DNA from: Torpedo marmorata
Taxonomy: Eukaryota
NCBI GenBank assembly: GCA_977017645.1
Contig: OZ360249.1
Coordinates: 6,572,001 to 6,636,000 of the forward strand
Direction: 5' to 3'
DNA length: 64,000 nucleotides
The position numbers and the translations under genes are program-made. The notes beneath the pieces are model-generated. The model saw only the letters and a program-made list of their open reading frames with translations. It did no database searches and was not told the DNA's origin. Below, in pieces: positions 11,558 to 23,175 of the stretch. Position 1 is the stretch's first letter, and each line of letters starts with the position of its first letter.

Positions 11558-12818
11558 CTGTTGAATCTAACTGTGTCATGTAACAACAGATTATTTTGTG
11601 GGAATGAAAGTGAGTTGAATTGAAAAGCCGGTAAGAGTGGACGAATAGCAAAGTAGCAACTTAGCATGCAACTTTTCTTGTAAATTTGCTCAAAATTTAA
11701 ACATTACAGAATGTGATCTTAATCCCTGATCAGTAAACAGCCATAAATCCAGTTCATAAATGTAGTTGAGAGAGACCATACTTCTAGCCTATACTTTCTT
11801 AGAAACCTGTAAACCTTCAACACAACATCTGGACATTCTGCCTCTATTACTTGGTCTAAACTCGCTTGTTGGCAAGGCTGGCTGTATTCAGCTTTCATGG
11901 TATTTACTGAAATGATCCTAAACATACTCTTTTATTCCCTATATCACTTCTACAATTGTCACTTAATTTTAAGCAGTGATTTGGATTTGAAATCATCATT
12001 TGACTTTGCTTGGTGTTTTGTGTACCTTTTGTAGAGGCTCCTTCACTGTTTTAATTGGTGAGAAACCAGAATGAGGGACCAAAGCTGATTTTGAAGTAGA
12101 AGTGACTAGATCAGATCCAGCCACAGTTGATTCCTTAGACATGTGGATTATAAATGAATGGAAGAAAAGCAAGGTGAAGAGATAAAATGGGCTACAGAGG
12201 TTAATTGTGCATCAACATGTTGTTGGGAAGAAGGGTGTGGATGTTGGCGAAATTGAGCTGATGTTAACTAAACTTCTTGAAAATTCATGAAGAATAGACA
12301 TTAAGGTTAAATCTAATCCTTATAAACCTCGAAGGTTACTGAGTGATGGAATATTTAAAACAAAACTTGTAGACGTGGAAAATGTCACACAAAGTGAGAT
12401 TCTTCCTGTGGTTTTCTGAAGTACATGGTATAAAATGCTGTAAAAATGACCTTGGTTGTTCCCACCTGCCACAAGTCCTTGTTCTGCTCTCCTTTCCAAA
12501 TCTAGATTATTTCTTCTCGTCTGTCTTTCCTTCCTGACCCAGGTGAGATCCAGAAGGAGGCTGGCATGTTCCAAAATTCTCAGGCCCATGTGGTCAGCCA
12601 GGCTGTAATGCATTTCAATTGTTCTCAGCAAATTGAAGTTTAGCACAAAGTTGGCTTTTATGTGTGCCAAACGAAGAGGTTGTGCCACAACACAGTAGAA
12701 GGATTTTTTTCTTCATTGAATAGCACCAGTGATGAAGGTAATTTTCACTTGGCACATAATAAACTTTGCACAATGTTTTCCTGAACGCATCTAACTTCAG
12801 GTTTCATAATAAACTGTT

Positions 12819-12880
12819 AAACATGAAAGTCTGCAAATGCTATGATTGTAATTTACACAAAAATGCTGGAGAAACTCAGC
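12819..12880 (-). mobile_element. PLE terminal remnant abutting the CR1 5' end
   Basis: GTCTGCAAATGCTATGATTGTA...AAATGCTGGAGAAACTCAGC matches the PLE termini at 3207-3270 and 22302-22330. Confidence 0.65.
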
Positions 12881-15033
12881 AATGGGGAAAAGCTAGATTT
12901 GAGGAGATGCGAAGGGACTTACAGGGTGTGCATTGGGACAATTTGTTTTATGGGCAGGATGTAGTAGAGAGATGGAAGCCTTTTAAAGATCAGATTTTGA
13001 GAGTGCAAAAGCTTTATGTTCCTGTTAGGTTAAAAGGAGGGGCAAAAGGTTTGAGAGAGCCGTGGTTTTCGAGGAATATTGGAAACTTGGTTCGAAAAAA
13101 AAGGGAGGCGTACATTAAGTATAAGAAGCATGGAAAGGAGATGTTTGAAAAATACATTGAATGTAAAAAGAATCTTAAGAGAGGAATTAGGAAAGCTAAA
13201 AGAAGGTATGAAGTGACTATAGCAAGCAGGGTGAAAATTAATCCAAAAAGTTTTTACAAATACGTTAATGGTAAAAGGAAAGCGAGGGACAAAATTGGTC
13301 CCTTAGAGAATCAGAGCGGAAAACTGTGTGTGGAGCCTAGAGAAATGGGGGAGATATTGAACAGTTTCTTTTCTTCGGTATTCACCAAGGAGAAGGATAT
13401 TGAGATATGCCAGATAAAAAAAGCAAATTGGGTAAATATGGAGAATATACGGATTACGAAAGATGTAGTGTTAGGGCTTTTGAGGCATATAAGGGTGGAT
13501 AAGTCTCCGGGACCCGACGGGATCTTCCCCAGGACCTTGAGAGAAGTAAATGAAGAAATAGCAGAGGCTCTGACGGTGATTTTCCAAATGTCATTAGAAA
13601 TGGGGATAGTGCCGGAGGATTGGCGTATTGCGCATGTGGTTCCGTTATTTAAAAAGGGTTCAAGGAAGAAGCCTGGCAATTATCGGCCTGTAAGTTTGAC
13701 GTCTGTGGTAGGTAAATTAATGGAGAAAGTTCTCAGAGATAGTACTTATAAATATCTAGATAGACAGGGTCTGATCAGGAACTCTCAACACGGATTTGTG
13801 AGCGGAAGGTCCTGTTTGACCAATCTGATTGAATTTTTTGAAAAGGTGACTAGGAATGTGGATGAGGGTACCGCGGTGGATGTTGTCTATATGGACTTCA
13901 GTAAGGCCTTCGATAAGGTTCCGCATGGAAGGTTAGTTAGGAAGGTGCAGTCTTTAGGTATAAATTCTGAGATAGTCAAATGGATTGAACATTGGCTGGA
14001 AGGGAGAGGCCAGAGAGTGGTAGTGGATAATTGTCTGTCAGGTTGGAGGCCGGTGACCAGCGGTGTGCCTCAGGGATCTGTATTGGGCCCATTGTTCTTC
14101 GTTATATATATCAATGATCTAGATGATGGGGTGGTAAACTGGATTAGTAAATATGCAGATGATACTAAGATAGGTGGAATAGTGGATAATGAAGAAGGTT
14201 TTCAAGGATTGCAGAGGGATTTGGGCTGCTTAGAAAAGTGGGCTGAAAAATGGCAGATGGAGTTTAATGCTGATAAGTGTGAGGTGCTTCATTTTGGTAA
14301 GAAGAATCAGAACAGGACATATGTAGTAAATGGGAGAGCATTGATGAATACAGAAGAGAAGAAAGATTTAGGAATAACGGTGCATCGTTCCCTGAAGGTG
14401 GAAACTCATGTAAATCGGGTGGTGAAGAAGGCTTTTAGTATGCTGGCCTTTATCAATCATTGCATAGAATATAGGAGTTGGGAAGTGATGTTGAGATTAT
14501 ATAAGGCTTTGGTGCGGCCTAATTTAGAGTTCTGTGTGTAGTTCTGGTCGCCAAATTATAGGAAGGATATCAACAAGGTGGAGAGAGTGCAGAGAAGGTT
14601 TACCAGAATGTTACCTGGGTTTAAGAATCTAGAGTACAAGGAGAGATTGAGCGTATTAGGTCTTTATTCTTTGGAGCGTAGAAGGTTGAGAGGGGATTTG
14701 ATAGAGGTATTTAAAATTATGAAAGGGATAGACAGAGTGGATGTGGATAGACTATTTCCATTAAGAATAGGAGAGATTGAAACAAGAGGACATGAGCTAA
14801 GAGTTAAGGGGCAGAGGTTTAGAGGTAACATGAGGGGGAACTTCTTTACTCAGAGAGTGGTAGCGGTGTGGAATGAGCTTCCGGGAGAAGTAGTGGCGGC
14901 AGAGTCAATTTTATTATTTAAGAAAAAGTTGGACAAGTATATGGATGAGAAGGAAGTGAAGGGTTATGGGCAGGGTGCAGGTAGGTGGGACTTGATAGGA
15001 ATGTTTGGTTCGGTGCGGACTGGAAGGGCCTAA
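12881..15033 (+). pseudogene. CR1 ORF2 (RT) partial; one in-frame nonsense codon at 14539-14541
   Basis: ORFs 12766-14541 and 14578-15033 are in the same frame. LEFCV*FWSP corresponds to the CR1 consensus LEYCVQFWSP (CAG to TAG). Confidence 0.9.
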
Positions 15034-15078
15034 TGGCCTGTTTCCGTGCTGTAATTGTTATATGGTTATATGGTTATA
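12881..15078 (+). mobile_element. CR1 LINE (HER1-like), 5'-truncated, young
   Basis: RT domain (KSPGPDGIFPR, NYRPVSLTSV, QHGF, DFSKAFDKVPH, GVPQGSVLGP, YADD), 3' UTR stem GGGCCTAATGGCCTGTTTCCGTGCTGT and a (TTATATGG)n tail. Confidence 0.97.
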
Positions 15079-16342
15079 ACCCATGAAAAAAATGTTTTCA
15101 TAATAAACTGAGATCCTCTTGTTTTTGCTTTCAGCTTCAATTTCCCTTCTGAGAGTTCAAGCATCCTAAATGTTTCTCGGCATTAAAACACTCCCTTTGA
15201 ACTCTTAAGATGACAGCCATCCAAAATTGATCAGGCCATATAACTAACCTTCATCAGTATTAATTGATTAATTCATTGATTAATATCATACATGTTCAAA
15301 AATAAAATTGTTGTCGAATAAATGGAGCAAAATTGAACTGAATTGAAATGGGCATTGAATCCAATCGAGCTCACTAATTTGTTCTGGAGATTTTTGCAAT
15401 CATCTTAGTTTGCTCCTGGAAGAGTTAGCAGAGTCTAGGGAATTGGATTCTTCTTATTTGGCTACAGTTGGAACAGATGGTGGATGGATTTGTAATGTTC
15501 AAGGCTGCGTGAGGTGTTTTTCAGCTTAAGAGGGTGTTTTTTGCAGGAGTTGGGCGTCTTTGTTCTGCAGTGAAATTTCTTCAATTTAGTTCTATGTGAT
15601 TGATGGCAATAAGCTGGGAAACAAATCTTGTTCTGAGTTCCTCCAGCATATTTGTGTTTTACTTGTTCTAATGGATGGAGCTTGAATGGTGTTTAGACAT
15701 TAATGATTCAAATCCTCCTTTACAAGCTATGCATTTCAAAAGAAGACAGTCTGCGACTCAAATTTGTTTTTAAAATCTTATTTCTGCTTGTTATTGATTT
15801 CGCAGGGCTGAAATAGGGAAGGTTGGTGAGTCTGGTTGAGAATAAGTTTTCAATTAAACCAGTAACTTGATCATTCCTGTTTGAGGGCTCCATTGGAATT
15901 TGACTTTAAAGAGGTGGGAGAATCATTTCACTTTGCTGTGGTCCATGAAAGAGCATTTAATTCGTTAAAAAGTAGCAATAAATGACCCTTAAAATGTACG
16001 GTACAACATGCATCAGGTCAGAGAACAAGCAATGTCTGAACTGAGTTTTTTGTCAATGTGCTAAATCAGGACAATAATTTGATGTAAATTCTAAAAGATG
16101 AAATTTAATGTCTGCCTACAGAAGCTGTTACTTGACAGGGAAGGTGAAATACTTTAACATTCTAATGATGCAATTAGATGTTAAATCAATAAAACTGCCA
16201 GAATTGGATGACTGTGATAACTAGTTAGGCTTGTTGGTTAAAATGAGATTCAACTTTAATATCTTGTACCGATCAATATGTTTGCCACTGCTGTTAAACT
16301 TCTGCACATCTTAGCAGTATTGCAGGAATAAATCTGGACAGT

Positions 16343-17327
16343 CCTAGGAGCATCTCCTGCGGTCACAGGGGTAGTAGGTCCCAAGGGGACAATTGGTGGG
16401 GAGGGAGGAGTGGACAAGGGAGTCACGGAGGGACCGGTCCCTGCGCAAGGAGGAGAGGGGAATATGTGTCTAGTGGTGGGATCACGTAGTAGGTGTCGGA
16501 AATGGCGGAGGAGGATGTGTTGGATGCGGAGGCTGGAGGGGCGCTCCCTCCGTGACTCCCTTGTCCACTCCTCCCTCCCCACCAATCGTCCACTTGGGAC
16601 CTACCCCTGTGACTGCAGGAGATGCTCCACTTGCGCCCACACCTCCTCCCTCACCACCATTTGGGCCCAAACAGTCCTTCCAAGTGAAGCAACATTTCAC
16701 TTGTGAATCTGCGGAGGTCATCTACTGCATCCGGTGCTCCCGCTGTGGTCTCCTCTACATCGGAGAGACTGGACGCAGACTGGGAGATCGCTTCGTTGAG
16801 CACCTTGGTTCTGTCCACCGCAATAGCGTGGATCTCCCAGTGCCCACCCATTTCAATTCCCCATCCCATTCCCTTGCTGACATGTCTGTCCATGGTCTCA
16901 TGCACTGCCAGACTGAGACCACCCGTATATTGGAGGAACAACAGCTCATCTTCTGACTGGTCACCCTCCAACCGTATGGCATTAATATCGACTTCTCTGG
17001 CTTTCGTTAAATCCACCCCCTGCTTCCCCCATCATCTCTCCATTCCCTGTCTCCTTTCGCACAGACATGATAAATTCCACCTAGTCCCTTATCACATCCA
17101 ATTAACACCTTTTGTTGGTCTGGATTCCTCCCCCATTGTTTGAATTCTGAGACTTTCTGATATATCCTGTATCTGCCTTTTCTGATTTTTCCTTGAAGAA
17201 GGGCTCAGGCCCAAAACGTCAGCAATATATCTTTGTCTCCTATAGATACTGAAATGACCAGCTGAGTTCATCTAGCATTTCGATGTGTTTACTACAATCA
17301 CAGCGTCTGCAGCCTATCGTGTTTCAC
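16343..17327 (+). mobile_element. Penelope-like element, 3' part with GIY-YIG endonuclease and an inverted 5' segment
   Basis: FTCESAEVIYCIRCSRCGLLYIGETGRRLGDRFVEH...VPTHFN (PLE GIY-YIG with CCHH residues). 16347-16433 is the reverse complement of 16544-16628. Hammerhead-like motif at 17191-17222 with G12 mutated. Confidence 0.92.
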
Positions 17328-18044
17328 TGGAGATGAATATAATTCCAGTGTTACTTGAACCACATAGCAACTAAGTTTTTAACCTGATCCAGTCCGTGCA
17401 GCCCTATTGATTAATTTTTCCCCCCTAATTCTTGTTTAAATGAGTTGTGCAGAGAAGTTTGTGAAAGGTTGGAGGAGTGATAACTTCTAGGTCACAAAAC
17501 CTCAATGCCTTGGTATAAGTAACTTATAGAAGAAATGACAGCTTGCCTTTCATAATGTCATGTCACCCTACAAAAATATTTTCAGGCAATGAAGCACACC
17601 TGGTACAGCCACTCGTGTAATTTTGTCATTTTGCCTGGCATGTTGTTATTTTTTATGTTTTCTTCTTCTCTCATTGAGCAAAGGTATGTATTACAGAAAC
17701 AAACCCCAAAACCTGTACGCTTCTGCTAAACTGCAGTTTAATGGGTACACAATTTAGAGTGTATCAAGCTCGAACACTTATCAATAATGACAACTTTCAC
17801 TTTCTCACAGCATATGTATAATTGAGGGAGAATACTAGTAATTTTTTTTAAATGTTTCAGTGGGGATGAGTTTATTACTATACTTGTATGATAATTTGGA
17901 TGGAGTATACTGGTTATGAAATTCTAATCCATGGAAAAGCTCTCCTTTATCACTATCATTACACTTAACAGACTTCAAATAGTATGCATGACAGATATTG
18001 AGTTGAGATCTAGCTCCTTCATGTATATAAAAAAAATCTTTGGA

Positions 18045-18330
18045 TGTATGCCTCTGTGACAAGCCCATTTTTAATTTCCCATCCCTGATTGTCAACAAGA
18101 TGGTTGTAGTGAGCTTCCTTTTTATGTCATTTGTCTCTGGAGAAGATGCTCCCATAGTCTTGGATGAGAAATTCCACGATGGTAATCCATTGATAATTGA
18201 GCGACCTTGATGTACAGTATAGCCAACCTGGTTGTTATGGGACTTTGGGAGGAGTTTGGTGCTGCCCATACTCCTGCTTCCCTGTCCATGAACGTTTGGC
18301 GTTTGGGAGGTGCTGTCAAAGATGTCTTGC
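18045..18330 (-). mobile_element. Old CR1/L2-clade LINE 3' end
   Basis: Minus-strand peptide ...SWNFSSKTMGASSP... and tail CCCATCCCTGATTG; highly diverged. Confidence 0.5.
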
Positions 18331-18769
18331 AACAGTGTAGATCTGAAGTATAACTATCTTCTTTCACAGTCATTGTAAAGAAAAGTGAGAACAAATTTCA
18401 AGATTAACATATAATTATTTCTCTGTAGTGTAATGACACCTTTAATGGTAATTGCCAACAGGATCATGACAGGATGCTTATGAACTTGTTAAGATTAACA
18501 TTATCTTCAATGTTTTCCATATAATTGAAACTGCCATACTAATCAAGTTAAACTAAAAAGTACACAAGGGAACGAGTGGTAACTCTTCATTCACCAAGGG
18601 AACATTTGACTAAGTCAATTACATGCTGTTTGTCAAATGGTGGAAGTCAATGGAAGTTATGATGTAGACAATAACCAATCCCACTGTTTGTATTATATAA
18701 GCCATCCTTTGACATGAAAGAAAATGTGATTCGAAGACAGGGTCACTCGTTCTATCTTGAATAACACTT

Positions 18770-19630
18770 TAGAACATAAAAGAATCAGCACAGGAACAGA
18801 CCCTTCATCCTTCCATGTCTGTACCAACCATGATACTACTCTAATTCCGTTGATCTGCATGTGATCTGTATCCCTTTATTATCTGCCTATTCATGTGTCT
18901 ATCGAAATGCCTCTAAATGTTGCTGTAATATTCTGCTTCTACCAACCCATCCCTGCATTGTCCCCCCAATACCTGGCAGACCGTTCCAGAAAACTATCTC
19001 TGTGTAAAAGAAACTGCCTCACCTATCTCCTTTAAACTTTTCCCTTTGCATCTTAAACCTCTGCCCTCTAGTATTTGACATTTCCACCTGGAAAAACACT
19101 GACAATCCATGCCTTTCATATTTTTATAGACTTCCATCAGGTCATCTCTCAGCCTCCAGCACTCCTGAATAAATAATCCAACTTTGTGCAACCTCTCCTT
19201 GCAGCCAATAGTTTCCAATCTCAGCAAAATCCTGCCCTGTCCTTTTGCTGGATCTCGATCCGAAACATCGACCATCCCTTTGACTTCACGGGTGCTGCTT
19301 GACCTGTGGAGTTCCTCCAGCACATTGTTTTTATGCCCAAGGTTGCAGCATCTTCAGCCTCTTGTGTCTCTGAGCATCCTGGTGAAGGTCTTCTGTACCC
19401 TCTCCAAAGCCTTCCTGTAGTGAGGGAAACAGATATTCCAAATGAGGATGAACTAACATTTTCTGTGGCTGCAATATGAGTTCCAAACTTTTGTACTTAA
19501 TGCCCCAACCAATGAAGGCAACTATGCCATGCACCTTCTTTAAGTTATTAACTTGTACCTCAAGGGGCCTTCCATTGACTATATATTCTTTCTTGCATTT
19601 GACCTCCCAAAATGCAATACCTCACACTTA
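18770..19630 (-). mobile_element. Degraded CR1 3' portion with an internal PLE remnant (19235-19371)
   Basis: Minus-strand peptides LVHPHLEYL, ERLHKVGLF, RLRDDLMEVYK. The insert carries GATCCGAAAC...GAGTTCCTCCAGCA, a PLE terminus. Confidence 0.75.
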
Positions 19631-20360
19631 AGTTAAAACAAATGTCTTGAATTGGACCCTGTTCTCAGGTTTAAATATTATTCTATCAATACAAATCTGA
19701 ATAAAACTGAACTACATTGAAATTCAGCGCAATGTTACATTGTTCACAGAAAGAAAGGCTAAAATGCGGAATCCAGTCATAAGGCCTTGTTTCATTACAG
19801 AACCAAGGGAGGGAGGAAGGTGTCTCAGAAATTGTAATGATGCATGCAAATATATCACTGTATGTCCAATGACTCCAATTAAATACATTGGGTTCATTGT
19901 TTGAAAAGCATGCTCAATTGAGTTAAAATTAAAGAATTAGATTTTAAATTGTCTTTGAAATGGCACCTGATGCCACCCCAACAGTAAATATAAACAGCAA
20001 TTGTTATCTTCAGTGTGATTAATTATTATCCAGCATGGAGAAGAAGAAATGTACCAATGAGATACTGAAGGGGGGTATGGGCAGATGTGGAATTAGGACT
20101 TGAGTTTTGAGAGGGATGCTAAGAGGGTAAGGTGAATCCCAGAGAGCAGTTAACACCACTACCTTCATGAATCTTGTCTCAGAGGTGGGAATTTTATATG
20201 TGTTGGGGAAGTGGAACTATGTGATTGTGGGGATGACTGCAATATATGTTCATGGTTCAAATACAAAAAAAAGTCATGATACGTACCACCCTTCTGAAAA
20301 CCTGAGTATCTTTATACATCCTTATTGTCTTGTAGTACTCTCTTGATGAGTAAGCTCATT

Positions 20361-22215
20361 TTTTTTTTTTTTTTTTTATTATTTTATTTAAATTTTTAAA
20401 ATCACATAATACATAATTCAGAATCCAAAATATATAATTCCAAAATACAGTGATATAAATTTCCTCCCCCCACTCCCTCCCACCCCTCCCCAACCCCCCA
20501 GTCCCACTATACTAAAAATAAAATAGATAAAGAAAAAAAAGAGAAAAAGAGAAAGAGATTAATAATGAGGAGAGAGCCATCTAAAAACTAATTCTAATCT
20601 GGAGGTTAAACTCGCCAATAGACCTAGTTCCCAAAAAATTTCAAATCCTCAAACCCATAACCCTCATGTATGGGCTCCAAATTTTTAAAAATAAATGATA
20701 TTTATTCCGTAAATTATAGGTAATTTTTTCCAAAGGAATACATGAACGAAGTTCTGCATGCCATCTATCTAAATTCAAATCTAAATCTGATTTCCAAGTA
20801 ATAGCGATACATTTTTTTGAAACCGCTAAAACAATACGTAAAAACTCTACCTGATACATATTCAATCTGTTCCTAATACTAAATTTTCTAATATCTCCAA
20901 ATAAAAATAACATAGGGTCCAATAAAAACCTAACATTGAAAACTCTTTCTAAAAAATCCTTAACTTTAAACCAAAAATCTTGAATCTTAGGACATGACCA
21001 TGTAGAATGAACAAAAGAACCTACTTCATTCTTACATCTAAAACACAAATCTGACAATGCCGGATTAAATTTCTTTAGTTTTTTTGGTGTTAAGTATAAT
21101 TGATGAAAAAAATTATATTGTACCAATCTATACCTAACATTAATAACTTTAGTCATACTTAACTTACATAAATCCTCCCAATGTTTTTGATCTATACTAA
21201 TATTTAAATCTAATTCCCATCTTAATCTTGATTTATGTAACCCTACTTTAGGCATTTTTTTCTGAAGTAATTTATACATTTGAGAAATAAACTTATTAAT
21301 ATTTGTTTTAGTAATTAATAATTCCAACTCATTATATCTTGGAGTAATCAAATTATCTCCTAATTTCTCAACTAGAAAAGCTTTAATCTGATAATAGACT
21401 AACCATGTATTATCTAATATATCAAATTTTTCTTTCAGTCTTTGAAATGTAACAAATCTTCCAGCTTCAAAACAATCTTTAAAATTTTTAATACCTTTTT
21501 GAAACCATATTTTTAATAATTGATTATTCATAGAAAACGGTAAAAGTGGATTTTGATATATTGGCATATTTAATGAAATCTTACCTTTCCCACCTATTCT
21601 TTTATCTACCTCTGTCCATATATCCAATAAATGTTTAATAATCGGTGAATTTTTCTTTTTAACTGATAATAATTTAGAATTCCACTTATAAATAATATCC
21701 TCCTTATAATTTTCTCCGATATTATTTAATTCTATATTAATCCAAGCAGAAGTTTTAACTAAATCAAAAAATTCATTAACAAATTTTAATTGAGCTGCTT
21801 TATAATAATATTGAAAATTAGGGAGTTGCATACCTCCCATCTCATAATTCCATGTTAACTTCTCCATACTCACTCTTGCTAACTTCCCTTTCCATAAAAA
21901 TTTCCTAACTATAAATTTTAAATCTTTAAAAAAATTTTTTGGAATTCCAAAAGGAATTGATTGGAAAAGATATTGAATTCTTGGAAAAATATTCATCTTA
22001 ATACAATTTACTCTCCCCATTAAAGTTATAGGTAAATCTTTCCAATTTTCCAAATCTTTCTTTATTTTTGTAAGTAAGGGTACATAATTTAATTTATATA
22101 AATTCTCTAATTTTGTATCTACTTTTACTCCCAAATATTTAATTCCTTCTTTTGCCCATTTAAATTCCGTAACTTCTTTACATCTAGTATAATCACCTTG
22201 AGATAAAGCCATTAT
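20361..22215 (-). mobile_element. L1-clade LINE, 5'-truncated, recent insertion
   Basis: Poly(A) tail (T-run from 20359) with AATAAA, G-rich 3' UTR tract, and a perfect 18-bp TSD TTGATGAGTAAGCTCATT at 20343-20360 and 22216-22233. Confidence 0.97.
20641..22212 (-). CDS. L1 ORF2 C-terminal portion (end of RT, thumb/wrist region, CCHC), 523 codons open but 5'-truncated
   Basis: IKYLGV, W..LP.TLMGRVNCIKMNIFPRIQYLFQ, GGMQLPNF..YY.AAQL, CFRCKNEVGSFVHSTWSC. No endonuclease or YADD, so it is non-autonomous. Confidence 0.9.
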   Translation of the reverse strand: MALSQGDYTRCKEVTEFKWAKEGIKYLGVKVDTKLENLYKLNYVPLLTKIKKDLENWKDLPITLMGRVNCIKMNIFPRIQYLFQSIPFGIPKNFFKDLKFIVRKFLWKGKLARVSMEKLTWNYEMGGMQLPNFQYYYKAAQLKFVNEFFDLVKTSAWINIELNNIGENYKEDIIYKWNSKLLSVKKKNSPIIKHLLDIWTEVDKRIGGKGKISLNMPIYQNPLLPFSMNNQLLKIWFQKGIKNFKDCFEAGRFVTFQRLKEKFDILDNTWLVYYQIKAFLVEKLGDNLITPRYNELELLITKTNINKFISQMYKLLQKKMPKVGLHKSRLRWELDLNISIDQKHWEDLCKLSMTKVINVRYRLVQYNFFHQLYLTPKKLKKFNPALSDLCFRCKNEVGSFVHSTWSCPKIQDFWFKVKDFLERVFNVRFLLDPMLFLFGDIRKFSIRNRLNMYQVEFLRIVLAVSKKCIAITWKSDLDLNLDRWHAELRSCIPLEKITYNLRNKYHLFLKIWSPYMRVMGLRI

Positions 22216-22303
22216 TTGATGAGTAAGCTCATTGATAAAGCTGTGGTGAATGATCCAGCAGGTTTCACACTGGACGAGAGGTAAAGACCTAATTAAACTG
22301 CAA

Positions 22304-22457
22304 AAAACACAAATGCTGGAGAAACTCAGCAGGTCAAACAGTGTCTTTTATGTAGCAAAGGTAGAAATACATAACACTGTTTGACCTGCTGAGTTTCTCC
22401 AGCATTTGTGTTTTTTACTTCAACCACGGTGTCTACAGATTTTCGTGTTTTACTTTT
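22304..22457. mobile_element. Miniature PLE-derived hairpin insertion
   Basis: Perfect 43-bp inverted repeat (22302-22344 / 22374-22416) and 14-bp TSD TAATTAAACTGCAA (22290-22303 / 22458-22471). The sequence matches the PLE terminus at 34329-34438. Confidence 0.85.
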
Positions 22458-23175
22458 TAATTAAACTGCAAGATGAGACTAGATCTTTAATTAGCTTACA
22501 GCTCTGTGTGCAAGTATAAATCGTAGTGGACAGTTAACAAACTTGTGTTTAATCTGTTCAATGAAAATCGATCTCCATTTGCACCACCTGAGATTCCACA
22601 TTTTTACTGAATGGGCTGTTAATTCGTGGTAAAGTAAAAATATGAAGCCATTGTTTTGTGCAAATCTGACTTCATATTGATTGAAAGATAACTTTTGTAG
22701 AAATCTACCAGTAGATACAATTCTACTATAAGTTCTACTTGCCCACCCCAAACCTATTCAATGTGCAGGGACCGGAAAATACCCCTCCTAACCCTGCAAG
22801 AATGAACAGGCCACCTGAACTGATGGATCTGGTTAACCAGAATGAGACAGTTTAAATAAGCAATTAACATCAGATTATGAGTGTGCTTCAGGCTCTGATT
22901 ATACTGGTTACTTTGTCTATTTTCAATATGCCTGAGTCAGACTTTGGTCAGATCTATATGAATGGATGTTAAAATAGTCTCAGGGCTGCTTTCTTGTTGC
23001 TTACTGTGTTCAATCCGATGGTTTAAAAGGACTGTGGGAAGCATTGATTTCCTGATGATATCTTGTATACGATCCTGCTTGCACAAATCTGCAAACTGTA
23101 AGACTGATTTGGGTGTGGGGAAAAGTGGAAATTAGAAGTCTTAGACTAAAATGAGGTCCAAGAAACAGGAAGAAA

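Noticed and set aside
12766-12880. N-terminus of the 591-aa ORF as a host-TE fusion protein
   Set aside because: Starts at TTG and runs through flank and an inverted PLE remnant; chance in-frame read-through into a truncated CR1.
13311-13679. 122-aa antisense ORF
   Set aside because: Antisense shadow of the CR1 RT.
12819-15663. PLE ends at 12819-12880 and 15633-15663 as TIRs of a 2.8-kb element
   Set aside because: The arms are short, differ in sequence and share no TSD; the direct repeat closes at 15110 instead.
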